Positions 6,907 through 16,929 of a stretch of 34,766 nucleotides of DNA are shown in pieces. The notes beneath the pieces were generated by a model, which saw only the letters and a program-made list of their open reading frames with translations, was not told where the DNA came from and did no database searches. The stretch lies in IMG/VR virus record IMGVR_UViG_3300022183_000025, positions 1-34,766 of that record; one strand, written 5' to 3'. Made by a program: the position numbers and the translations under genes. Source of the DNA: a virus. Lineage: Duplodnaviria > Caudoviricetes. Within the stretch, counting starts at the first letter, position 1. Every line of letters starts with the position of its first letter.

Positions 6907-9900
6907 CTAATCTTGTAATACGTTTCCAAACTTATCTGTTTTTTGTTTTTTGTACCCGCCTTTTTCAATAGGGTTTCCAAATTTATCTACTTTTTCTTCT
7001 TTTGTTTCAACTACAACATTTCCAAACTTATCTTTTTTTACTTTTTCTTTTTTTATTTTATCTGGTTTTAACTCCCATTCACTCCATCCGAGTGCTAAAG
7101 CTATACGCATCCACGTAGCAGTTTCCTCCGCGAACGCGCCTTTTAAATTTTGCATTTTAATCATTAACCTATCTAAAGGTACATTAGTAACCGCTGATAT
7201 TACCTTAGCTGTAGCTTCGTAAGCTGGGTTATCTAATGAAAAACCTTTATCAATCATTTCTTGTCTACGTTTTTTAGAATCAACGTACCATAATGCTGAT
7301 TTTATTCTTTTTACTTTAGAATCTACTACTGGTGATAAAGCAATTAACTTCCACGCTGCATCTACGTATTCAGGTCTAGACCTTTTACTTCTTTCATATA
7401 CATCAATAAGTGTGTTTTTAAGGACTGATACGATGTGTCCAGGAATACCTAGTCCTCTAAGTTGAGAATCCATTATACCGTTTGCAACTCTAAATGTTTT
7501 TTCGTCTTTAAATTTTTCAATGTCATCTTCCTCGTCATAGTCTCCAAAGCCTAGAGCAAACATTCCTGCGTGCGCTGCCTGAAACCACAGGTTTTGTACT
7601 AACCCATAGTATATTATTTTAGAAACATTATCAGCATCATTACCTCTTCTATTAGATATGTCTTGAATAGCTTTCTTTTGTATCCTTACATATTGCATTT
7701 GAGTGTTCGCCCAGTTTAAAAATATTCTACCTAAATCACTAGCTTGCTGAGATGATGTTTTATCAGGTCTACTAGATTGTTGTGACTTTTCAGATATAGT
7801 TACAAAATCTTCATAAGCTTTTGCTTTAGCTTCTTTCTCGTCAAAGCCTTGGTCAATTAATTCATTAAGCCTATTTCTATAAAAAGTAGCACCACCTGAA
7901 GCAATAGCAAAACTATCCATAAATTTAGTGGGTGAATAACCTTTTTCAATAAGATAAGAAACAGCTGCTTTAAATTTGTTCTTAGCGGTTTTAGCAGCAT
8001 TAGATATTTCACTACCCTGTAAGTCTATAGATAAACCGTTTCTCCTGTCTACCAGGTAATCAGAGTTTATCAACTCCATAAAATCACTCCAATATTGAGG
8101 TTGATTAGCAAATGCCTTACCAGCTTTTAATATGTTATTGTTACTCCAATTTAAAAAGTTAGCTGCTGATATACTTTGTAGTAAAGCAGATCTCATATTA
8201 AAGAACATTACAACCCCTTGTGCATTGTTCAAGTAATCTAATACTCTTCCAGCAATTCTATTTTGACCAGACAGTCTATTGTTTCCAGATTTCATCCTAG
8301 CGAGCATGTTTTCTAGTGCTTCTCTATATCTAGGACCTAACGCTGCTTCTAGTTTATTTAAATTCTTCTCACTAAATATTACATCTACATTCTGTTGCCA
8401 TTGCTCTAAATACTTTTTTCTATTTACAGTATTTAAACCTTCAAGTATATCGCTAGAAATACCTCCACCTAACCAGCTTTTATCAGGCTTCATGTACTCT
8501 CCTTTGTTTACAGCTATTACTTGTTCTGCAAAAGTTCTAAGCTCAAAGTTATCTAGTACGTAGTCATTCACTTCTTTTAAATCAGACTTAGATAAACCAG
8601 GTACGTCATAACCAAGTGAATTCCATATAAAAATTCTAGCAGAGTTTTCGTTTGAAAAACCTGTGTCGTTTATTTTTCTAAGATTTTTAGGTACAGCATT
8701 AAGATCTTTTCGTAATTTTCTAAAATCGTCCATTACATTTGTTCTAGCTGTCTGCATGTTCATTTCAGCTCTAACATAAGGCATTATTAAATGCTCATTA
8801 AACCATTCCATAGCTTGATCACCTGCTTTCCCTTTGCCTAATAATGGATACAGTAGACCTTCAAAGTCTTCAGCGGAGTAAGGATGAATCATACGATTAT
8901 CTTTACCTTTACCTATCATAGCCGCTTTAGCAGCTGAAAACTCTTTATAACTTTTTATACCAGTCGCGCTTTCTATTATATCATTAAACTGGGTATCTAC
9001 TTCTTCACTAAATTTAAACTTAGCTTGTTGTACTTTTGACTTAACGTCTATTTGACCTAATGCTTCTTTTACTGCTTTAACGTTTTGAATAGCATCATCT
9101 GCAAAGTAGAAATCATTAAATCCATTTGCCGCTTTTTCTACTATCCATCTTGACTTAGCATACGGCGAACCATCACCTAGCCCAGTTATATTTTTTAAAG
9201 GTATATTTATTCCTACACCTTTCAAGAATTCATGTATATTTTGAGCGGACTCAGAACTTCTAGCTGTTAATACAAACACGTTGTCAGATCCTCTTTTATT
9301 TATTATAGTTCTAGCTAAATCAGCTAGTGGACCTTCACCACCTTCTCTTACAGTATTAAAATCTGTAAAATCCATTTTAGCTCCGTCGCTTACAAGATCT
9401 GACCCTTTTTCAGCAAATTCTTCAGCGTTTAATTGACCCTTAGTACCATCAGGCATAGTGTAATTAACTAAATTTTTACTAGTAGCTAGCGTGTCGTCAA
9501 AATCAAATACTCTTATTTTTTTAACAGGCGCATTTAAATCTCTAGCATTAGCTAGTGATTCATCTACTGTAGCAGCAAAACCTAAAACTTCGTTAGCGTC
9601 CATGCTGCTTTCTTTAAAACCTGTTACTTCGTTGTTTAACGTATTAACGTTTACTTCTCTAGCTTTTTGATAGTCTTCATACAACTTAGCAGCTATTTTT
9701 GACTCTTCTACTATTTCACCAGTTTCAATATCTAATAATTCATGAGCAGCTCCTCCTTTAGTATACTCATTTATCCATCTACTAATTGGAGAGTCACCTA
9801 TCTTATAATCACTAGGCATGCTTTGCTGAAAGAAAGTACCAAAGTTATCATTAAACGAAGTGTGTATTACCCCTACAGTATAGTTTTCTTGTAATTTTTT

Positions 9901-12900
9901 AAGATCTACTTTTGACTTATCATTTAACACTGCATCAGCAATAGCTAAATTAACAACTAACGCAGGTATACCATGCTCATATTCAAATTGTTTTTTGCCA
10001 TCAATATTTAACTGTGTAGTAGGTGGGTTAACTGGTAAGTATTTTAATCTAGCTGCAGCACGTATTGGTCCTTTCATGTTTTCACCCATGCCTTTAGCTA
10101 GCAAAGCAATATTATCGTTTGTTGCTAAGTTTTCATCAAGTAATTGCTTAGCAGCTTTATAATTATTAACTACAAAATCAAAAGCTCTTTCTGAATCTTC
10201 TTTTCTGTCAGCCATTTCTTTTTCAGAAATGTTATTGTTTATCATGTCTTTGCTAACAGCTTGGGTTTGTAATCTTAATGATTCGACTACTTTAACTTCA
10301 CCACTTTTTAACTTAAACTCAACTGTACCATCTTTCTTTTTAGTCTGATAACTTTCTAGGTTAGGTATAAATCCCTCTAAAAAACCATCAACAAATTCAT
10401 TTTTATTACCGTATAGCATGGCTCTTTCTCCAGATTTATATCCATCTTCCATCATGCCTTTGTATTGAACGTATGTAGCAGCTAGTTCAAATGGATCTGG
10501 ATATATTAAATTACCTTTTGCATCTTTAAGTTTCAACATTTGTTGAGCATTTAGATTCATAAAGCTTCTTTGATTCTGTATGTCTGGCCCATACTGATCT
10601 AAGTTTTTTCTTAATAAACCGGCTAATGAACCTGTATTAAAAAAGTCTGCATAAGATTTGTTTGTGTTGCTATCTATAATGTCATCTACAAGTTTTTGTA
10701 CATTTAAGTTTACACCTGGATTTTTCTTTAATTGTCTAGAAAAAGGAGCTAATAATGTATTGAATTTATTAACTACTTTAGTAATCTGAGCTTTTGTCAT
10801 TGTACCTTCAGGGAAACTTAATTCTACAATAGATCTAATCTGAGGCCTTCTAATTTTAACTTCATTGCTAAACCCATTATTTTCCACAACTGATCTTAGA
10901 TTGTTTATAAACGCATCCTTATTAGCTATAAACTTATTATAAACGTCTTCTCCTAAACTGTTTTGTAAATCTTCAGAAAACTTAAAACCAGTGCCTCTAC
11001 CTACAGCTGTAGCGTATTGAGTTAACATCTCAGAACCTAACTGCTTTTTCATATCAGGATTATTAGCAGTTGCTTCTTTAACAAACTTTTCATTTGTTAA
11101 TACTTCCATCGTGGCGTCTAAACCAAATTGTTTAGACAATATCTTAGCAAGCGCATTATTTCTACCTCTTACTTTAAAAAACTTATTAAAAGTTTCTGAA
11201 CTAGGGTTAAGCCTTTCGTATAGTTTAGGACCTTGTGTAGTTGTAGCTGTTTTTAAATTACCTGAACCTTCATATACTTTAACTTCAGTGGGGTTTAATA
11301 CCGTTCTACCAGTTGCTTTATCCATAACAACTTCTTTAGCAAGAATTTTCTCTTTAGATAACCTTTCAAGTGCCACTAAGTCTTCTATCGGAAGTTTACT
11401 TAACAAATACGGTCTAGCTTGTTTTAAAAACGAATCATATACTTTTGATTTTACAAATTCTTTTTTTACTAGTTTATCAAACTTACCTGCAAATTTAGAT
11501 TCTAATTCTGATGTAAAGTTTTTGTATATACCTGCTAGATCACGCTCAGCTTGACGTTTAGTTTCTCCAGTAGGATTTTTATCCATAACTTTTTTAACTT
11601 CATCTAGCGTAACCATAGGACCTGGTCCTTCTTTTGTTCTACGTTGATATTCTAAAGTAGGTAAACCTTCTGACAACATCTCAGACGTTCCCTCCATAAT
11701 AGCATTGTAAAATTCACCACCAGTTTCTATACCTAAATCTTCTCTTAATGTTTTATCTAGTGTTTGGTCTAAAGATTCTTTAGCGGCAATGTTAACAGCT
11801 GAACTTAAATCTTGTTTAAAACCTAATTGGTCCCCGTATTTTTTCGTAATTAAATTATGAGCACGCTTTACTTTATTAGGCAGTATTGAAGGGCTCATTA
11901 AATAAGCATCAAAATCATTGTTTTTTGTAGGATCAAAGTTTTTAATAGATTTTGTTAATTCAATATTGGCCAGTGAAACTAATTCTTCTTTAGCTTCTTG
12001 TAGAGTAAGGCTTTCATAAGGATCTGTATTAAAGTAATTAGCTTTACCAGCTATTTCAATAATGTTGGTTTCATATCCTTTTAGTATTTCATTTAACACA
12101 GCTCCTTGCCTAGCTGTACCTAATTCACCTCTGAACAAAAGTTCTGTTTTGTTAACTCGCTCTTTACGATCACTATTTGATTCACCTTTTTTAAACTTAG
12201 GTAACACCTGTTTTAAATCTTGAAATTTCTTAGTTAAAGAAGCCGCTTTTTCTTTCCACCCTGTAGGCTTTTCTTTTGCTAATTTTTTTATAGCATCTAA
12301 TACATCAGCAGCATTTGTAAGCTCTGTTGTTCCTGATAATTTTAAACCAGCATCTTTAAATAAGTCATCAACTACTTTTTTACCTAATGCTTTATCTAAG
12401 TCTTTTTTAATCTTTTTAATTTCCTTTTGAGATTCTTGAAATTTAGTTTTAGCATCTTTTATTACTTTAGACTTTTTAAATTCAGTTATACTACTTGAAG
12501 TTATTCTACCTTCAGACACTGCTTTACCTAAATCGTATAAATATTTTATAGCTCCATTTTGACCTGCTAAATCTAGTTCAGATTTTTTATTACTTTTGAA
12601 TATACCGTTAGTTAAAAAACCAAAAGATGAAGACATTAAACCACCTTGGTTATTGTCTAGGTCTATTTTACCTTTACCAACTAATTCTAGAAAGTTCATT
12701 ACCACTTCATCAGAAGCTTTAAGAGCACCACCTCTTCTCACCTGCATATATTCTAACAGCTTAGGATCATTAGATTTTAAGTAGTTAACTATTTCCTCAG
12801 CTAGTGGATCAAAAGCTTTTGAGTCTGTACCTAGTAATTCGTTAAATATACCATGACTAGCTTCATGTGTTGCAACCTTAACATCTCCATTTAATATAGC

Positions 12901-15900
12901 GTTTTCTCTAAATATTAAACTTTCTGATCTTGCTACTTTACTAGGGTCAAACGTTATTACTCCATCACTATCAAATGTTATATTAACACCATTAGCTTTA
13001 CCTTCAGCTACTTTATTATTAATACCATTTCTAGCGTCTCTAAATTTACTTTCTAGATTTTGTATTTTTGTTTTCTTTTCGTCTTCAGATAAATCACTAT
13101 CACGTATATTATCTTTACTTGTAGCATATATATCTTCTAAATATGTAATAGCTTCAGAGTTAGTATCAAATTTAAAATACTTTCTCTTATTCTTAGCGTT
13201 GTCTTTAGATATATTATTGAAGTCTTCATCTATTAATTCACCAGTGTACATGCGTTCAGCGAGTTTAGAAACCTGATCGTCTCTAACTTCTCCTTTGCCT
13301 TCTTTTTCTAACACTTGCTTTGCTTCAGAAGTTATTCTATCATATCTGGATTTGTCACTAGTTTCAAGTAATGTAAATCTATTTGCAAAATTCTCATTAT
13401 TCTTCCACGAATCTTTTTTAAATTGAAGTTGGTCGAATTGTCCTTTTAAAGTTTCTAAAAACTCTACATCAGGGTTTTTGTAATCTAAAATTTCATTAGC
13501 TACTTTACTTATTTTACCTTGCTGAAGCACTGCATCGTAAAAATTATTAAAAGCACTTTCTTCTGTAGTGTTTCTAATAGCACCAAATTTATTTTGTATA
13601 AAAGTGTCTTGTTCAATTTGTAAATTATCTATAGACTCTTGTTGTAACTCTTGATTCTCTTTAGATATTTTATTATTCTTAACTAAATCATCTAGAGCAC
13701 GTTGTTGATTAATTATATTAGTTTCCTTAACTCTAAAGTCTTCAAAAGTATTATAATCCGTAAACTGTCTTGCTGCTAATCCAGCCATAAAAGGAGTTAT
13801 TGACATTGCATGACCAAACATTCCCCCAACAAAAGCAGCATGATCAGCGTTTTCTAGTACAGGTTTGCCGTCAATAAAATTCTGTGTTAGTGTTGTACCA
13901 AACTCAGCACCAGCTTCTAGTATAGGATCTGTTGCTAAGTGTAAAGAATTTTGCTTTATATATTGCTTCATAGCATTTTTATATGAAAGCATACTTTCTT
14001 TACCCATGTTTTTAATAAGATTCTGTCCTCTTTTTAATATAGGAATTGTAGTAAATCTTTCAAATATAGCTTCAGAAGCACCGTAACCTATAGATTGAAC
14101 AGCTTGTAAAAATTCATTTTTAACTTTACCTGTTATAAATTCTTCTCTATCACCATCTGCCCAATGTTGACCAGCTGAATAAGCTCCAATAGCCCAAGCT
14201 CCTTGACCACCAGTTGCCATTAACGTAGCTAATATAGGTATTTGTTTACCTACTTCATTAGCAACAAAAGAACCAAAATTTGAAGCGTTAGAAAAAGCTC
14301 CACCTTGTCCGTATTTATTTTTACGAAAGCTTACGGCTTCACCATACTTGCTCTGCACTCCTTCTTTCCATGAAGAGTAATCATCATATTTATCAGCAAA
14401 GAAATTATCATATCTTGCCCATGCTTGACCTATTACATCCAGTTCTTCCATCCCAGCTAACTGTAAACCTTCACTAGCTAAAACAGCTCCTAAACCAGGT
14501 CCATACTTTCCAATTTTACTAGCTAAGTAACCTACTCCAGCTACTATATCAGTAAAACCTGTACCTAAATAACTCATCGACTGATTCCAAGTATCATATT
14601 GTTTACCAAGTAAATGTAAAGCAGCATCATTGTCTCCTACTTCATCTTCTAAATCCCAAACCTTTTGCCTAGTATTAAACATGGCGTTCATTTTGTTTTG
14701 TTGAGTCTGTCTTGCTGCTATATATTCATCAAGCGTTTTCTGATTTACTGGTTTACCATTTCTTAAAGTAACTATTTCACTTTCATCGTTTATGATAAAA
14801 TCTTTATCAGGGTCATTATATATAGATTCAAATGAGTTTACTGCTTGTAGCTCAGGTGCTGCAAGATATTCTTTTAGTTTTACCTCGTTGTTTGCCATTA
14901 AACCCATAGCTTCGTCTAAGTTTTTGTCACGTGACACAACGTTATAATACGATGCTAATTGCTGCGTGTAGTTATCATTGTCAGCACTTCTTAAGTAATT
15001 TTTTAAGTTGCCTTGTTCAATATTATCAAACTCGCTATTGTAAAATTTTTCTGCTATAGATTGTTTTATTAATTCAGCGGGTACAGGTAGCTGTTTACCA
15101 GACGCATCTACATACTGCTTTTTTAATTGCTCTTCCGTGCTTCGCCACATTTCACTTCCAGGCCCTACGTTTTCTTTTCCACCTTTCATGTAAGGATTTT
15201 GAGAACCAAAACCGTTATTTAAATTTCTTAAGGCATCTGACAAAGTTGTTACACCACGCATAAGACCAGTTCCTTGTATCCGCGCACTTGATTGACCGCT
15301 AGCAACTAGATTTTTAAGTTCTTTAAACTCCTCACTAACTACAAAAGGTAATGGTGTGTCTTTTCCTCCATAAGAAAATGTTTGACCTCTGTTAGGATCT
15401 TCAGGAATTAATTCACCTTTTTTTACAAACTTCATAGCACCATCAACCATTATGTTTTGATCGTATGGACTTCTAATCATTTTGACTTCACCAGACTCAG
15501 GTATTACAAAGTTTTTAGACCAAGCTTTTAATTCTGCCTCTGCTTCTTTAGTATACGGATTATCTATAGTTGATTGACTAATCCCTTCAGGCAGTGCATT
15601 ACCTTCTGATGTTGTTTTAATATAATCAGCTATCATAGCTGAGTTAGTTCTAAACAAATTAGGATTGTAACTAAACTTGCCATTTACATCGTAATTACCT
15701 ATATTGCTCAACAAATCTTGCTGTTCAGGATTTGGTGCTATACCGCCTTTTGAAGGGGCACTATTATCATAAGGTCTATTCAGTAAATACGTTTGTTTGT
15801 TTAGTATATTAGATTTCTTAGTATTTAATTTTTCTAAATCTATACCACCATTTTCATTTACAAATTTAGCTATTTTATATTTTTGTTGAGCTAGTAATCT

Positions 15901-16929
15901 TTGTATTGCTGGGTCAAAACTATCACCTAAAGCCCTACTTTCTATCTCTGTATATATATCTACAGAAGCTGTTTTATCAACGTTGTATAAAGTTATTTTT
16001 TCCGCATTAGCATAAACTTGACCTTCCCCATCTTCAGCTAGATCCATATCGTAGTCATCGCCGGTTTTTAGTCTTAGTTCTGATTTTCTACTACTAGGTA
16101 CTTCAACTGTATAACCTGGGTATTGAGCTTCTAATATAGGTTTTAATAAATTTTTATCTTTTCTAGAGTAATGACGATCTGCATAAAGCCAAGTGTTTTC
16201 TGCTTTACGTGTAAAAAGATCATCAATATAAGATGTGCTATTATCTTTTAATCCAACGGCTGCAGATAATGCGTTAGTAGTTTGTTGAGGAAATAATAAA
16301 GAGTGTATGCCTTGTGAAACAATTTCAGTTTCAGTCTCTACAGCAGCGTTTGGATTAAGTATATTTAGCTCTTTTGTATTTTGCTTATATTTAAAGTTTT
16401 GTTCTGGATTCCAAGAATCACCAACACCATAGTTAGGTAGTGTAGCTACTAAATTATTAGTATAAGATACGTTTCTAAATTGTTCCTTTTGATTTTTGTA
16501 ATCTTTATCTAATTTTTTTAGTAAATAAGTTTTATTAGGCTTGTTACTTTCTTCTAGTTCTTTTTTCTTTTTTGCATAATTAATTTCAATGTCATTTATA
16601 AGATTATCATCACTTTGCTGGGTTATAGATCTATCGTCGACCATATTAGAAAACGAAGATAGATCGGCATTTTCATATATGTTTTGTATAGGATCTATCT
16701 TAGTGTCATCAATCTCACCATCTCCAACATTAGCAGTTGCTCCAAAATATTTTCCTAAGAAGTTGTTAAAGTTTTTAGATTCTTCAGTTAGTAGCTCAGG
16801 CATAGTAGTTAACTCAGCGTGTAAGTCAGCTACTTTATCTGTAGTATTATAACTATTTACAAACTCGCTAAAAGTCATGTCTTGCGCTATTACGCCATCT
16901 CTTCTTAACTTTTCAAATAAATCTCTCAT
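6907..16929 (-). CDS. Giant (3340 aa) putative ejected/internal virion polyvalent protein with zincin, sigma-like and HAD regions
   Basis: Uninterrupted 10-kb ORF after the tail genes. Contains Gly/Ala-rich hydrophobic segments, HEASH (12853-12867), HAD motifs DFDDT/LTAR/ADD and a helical C-terminal domain. Confidence 0.8.
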   Translation of the reverse strand: MRDLFEKLRRDGVIAQDMTFSEFVNSYNTTDKVADLHAELTTMPELLTEESKNFNNFLGKYFGATANVGDGEIDDTKIDPIQNIYENADLSSFSNMVDDRSITQQSDDNLINDIEINYAKKKKELEESNKPNKTYLLKKLDKDYKNQKEQFRNVSYTNNLVATLPNYGVGDSWNPEQNFKYKQNTKELNILNPNAAVETETEIVSQGIHSLLFPQQTTNALSAAVGLKDNSTSYIDDLFTRKAENTWLYADRHYSRKDKNLLKPILEAQYPGYTVEVPSSRKSELRLKTGDDYDMDLAEDGEGQVYANAEKITLYNVDKTASVDIYTEIESRALGDSFDPAIQRLLAQQKYKIAKFVNENGGIDLEKLNTKKSNILNKQTYLLNRPYDNSAPSKGGIAPNPEQQDLLSNIGNYDVNGKFSYNPNLFRTNSAMIADYIKTTSEGNALPEGISQSTIDNPYTKEAEAELKAWSKNFVIPESGEVKMIRSPYDQNIMVDGAMKFVKKGELIPEDPNRGQTFSYGGKDTPLPFVVSEEFKELKNLVASGQSSARIQGTGLMRGVTTLSDALRNLNNGFGSQNPYMKGGKENVGPGSEMWRSTEEQLKKQYVDASGKQLPVPAELIKQSIAEKFYNSEFDNIEQGNLKNYLRSADNDNYTQQLASYYNVVSRDKNLDEAMGLMANNEVKLKEYLAAPELQAVNSFESIYNDPDKDFIINDESEIVTLRNGKPVNQKTLDEYIAARQTQQNKMNAMFNTRQKVWDLEDEVGDNDAALHLLGKQYDTWNQSMSYLGTGFTDIVAGVGYLASKIGKYGPGLGAVLASEGLQLAGMEELDVIGQAWARYDNFFADKYDDYSSWKEGVQSKYGEAVSFRKNKYGQGGAFSNASNFGSFVANEVGKQIPILATLMATGGQGAWAIGAYSAGQHWADGDREEFITGKVKNEFLQAVQSIGYGASEAIFERFTTIPILKRGQNLIKNMGKESMLSYKNAMKQYIKQNSLHLATDPILEAGAEFGTTLTQNFIDGKPVLENADHAAFVGGMFGHAMSITPFMAGLAARQFTDYNTFEDFRVKETNIINQQRALDDLVKNNKISKENQELQQESIDNLQIEQDTFIQNKFGAIRNTTEESAFNNFYDAVLQQGKISKVANEILDYKNPDVEFLETLKGQFDQLQFKKDSWKNNENFANRFTLLETSDKSRYDRITSEAKQVLEKEGKGEVRDDQVSKLAERMYTGELIDEDFNNISKDNAKNKRKYFKFDTNSEAITYLEDIYATSKDNIRDSDLSEDEKKTKIQNLESKFRDARNGINNKVAEGKANGVNITFDSDGVITFDPSKVARSESLIFRENAILNGDVKVATHEASHGIFNELLGTDSKAFDPLAEEIVNYLKSNDPKLLEYMQVRRGGALKASDEVVMNFLELVGKGKIDLDNNQGGLMSSSFGFLTNGIFKSNKKSELDLAGQNGAIKYLYDLGKAVSEGRITSSSITEFKKSKVIKDAKTKFQESQKEIKKIKKDLDKALGKKVVDDLFKDAGLKLSGTTELTNAADVLDAIKKLAKEKPTGWKEKAASLTKKFQDLKQVLPKFKKGESNSDRKERVNKTELLFRGELGTARQGAVLNEILKGYETNIIEIAGKANYFNTDPYESLTLQEAKEELVSLANIELTKSIKNFDPTKNNDFDAYLMSPSILPNKVKRAHNLITKKYGDQLGFKQDLSSAVNIAAKESLDQTLDKTLREDLGIETGGEFYNAIMEGTSEMLSEGLPTLEYQRRTKEGPGPMVTLDEVKKVMDKNPTGETKRQAERDLAGIYKNFTSELESKFAGKFDKLVKKEFVKSKVYDSFLKQARPYLLSKLPIEDLVALERLSKEKILAKEVVMDKATGRTVLNPTEVKVYEGSGNLKTATTTQGPKLYERLNPSSETFNKFFKVRGRNNALAKILSKQFGLDATMEVLTNEKFVKEATANNPDMKKQLGSEMLTQYATAVGRGTGFKFSEDLQNSLGEDVYNKFIANKDAFINNLRSVVENNGFSNEVKIRRPQIRSIVELSFPEGTMTKAQITKVVNKFNTLLAPFSRQLKKNPGVNLNVQKLVDDIIDSNTNKSYADFFNTGSLAGLLRKNLDQYGPDIQNQRSFMNLNAQQMLKLKDAKGNLIYPDPFELAATYVQYKGMMEDGYKSGERAMLYGNKNEFVDGFLEGFIPNLESYQTKKKDGTVEFKLKSGEVKVVESLRLQTQAVSKDMINNNISEKEMADRKEDSERAFDFVVNNYKAAKQLLDENLATNDNIALLAKGMGENMKGPIRAAARLKYLPVNPPTTQLNIDGKKQFEYEHGIPALVVNLAIADAVLNDKSKVDLKKLQENYTVGVIHTSFNDNFGTFFQQSMPSDYKIGDSPISRWINEYTKGGAAHELLDIETGEIVEESKIAAKLYEDYQKAREVNVNTLNNEVTGFKESSMDANEVLGFAATVDESLANARDLNAPVKKIRVFDFDDTLATSKNLVNYTMPDGTKGQLNAEEFAEKGSDLVSDGAKMDFTDFNTVREGGEGPLADLARTIINKRGSDNVFVLTARSSESAQNIHEFLKGVGINIPLKNITGLGDGSPYAKSRWIVEKAANGFNDFYFADDAIQNVKAVKEALGQIDVKSKVQQAKFKFSEEVDTQFNDIIESATGIKSYKEFSAAKAAMIGKGKDNRMIHPYSAEDFEGLLYPLLGKGKAGDQAMEWFNEHLIMPYVRAEMNMQTARTNVMDDFRKLRKDLNAVPKNLRKINDTGFSNENSARIFIWNSLGYDVPGLSKSDLKEVNDYVLDNFELRTFAEQVIAVNKGEYMKPDKSWLGGGISSDILEGLNTVNRKKYLEQWQQNVDVIFSEKNLNKLEAALGPRYREALENMLARMKSGNNRLSGQNRIAGRVLDYLNNAQGVVMFFNMRSALLQSISAANFLNWSNNNILKAGKAFANQPQYWSDFMELINSDYLVDRRNGLSIDLQGSEISNAAKTAKNKFKAAVSYLIEKGYSPTKFMDSFAIASGGATFYRNRLNELIDQGFDEKEAKAKAYEDFVTISEKSQQSSRPDKTSSQQASDLGRIFLNWANTQMQYVRIQKKAIQDISNRRGNDADNVSKIIYYGLVQNLWFQAAHAGMFALGFGDYDEEDDIEKFKDEKTFRVANGIMDSQLRGLGIPGHIVSVLKNTLIDVYERSKRSRPEYVDAAWKLIALSPVVDSKVKRIKSALWYVDSKKRRQEMIDKGFSLDNPAYEATAKVISAVTNVPLDRLMIKMQNLKGAFAEETATWMRIALALGWSEWELKPDKIKKEKVKKDKFGNVVVETKEEKVDKFGNPIEKGGYKKQKTDKFGNVLQD
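6922..7032 (-). repeat. Three DKFGN-coding repeats at the C-terminus of the giant protein
   Basis: (g/a)tttccaaa(c/t)ttatc occurs at 6922-6936, 6973-6987 and 7018-7032. Confidence 0.85.

Noticed and set aside
9490-9504. DFDDT as an RNA polymerase active site
   Set aside because: It is followed by HAD motifs II-IV at the right spacing, so it is HAD motif I.
16042-16062. GDDYDMD in the giant protein resembles the RNAP catalytic DxDxD loop (crAss-type DFDID)
   Set aside because: It lies in an acidic N-terminal region with no recognisable upstream RxP or other double-psi barrel motifs, so it is probably chance. A structure prediction of aa 150-450 would settle it.
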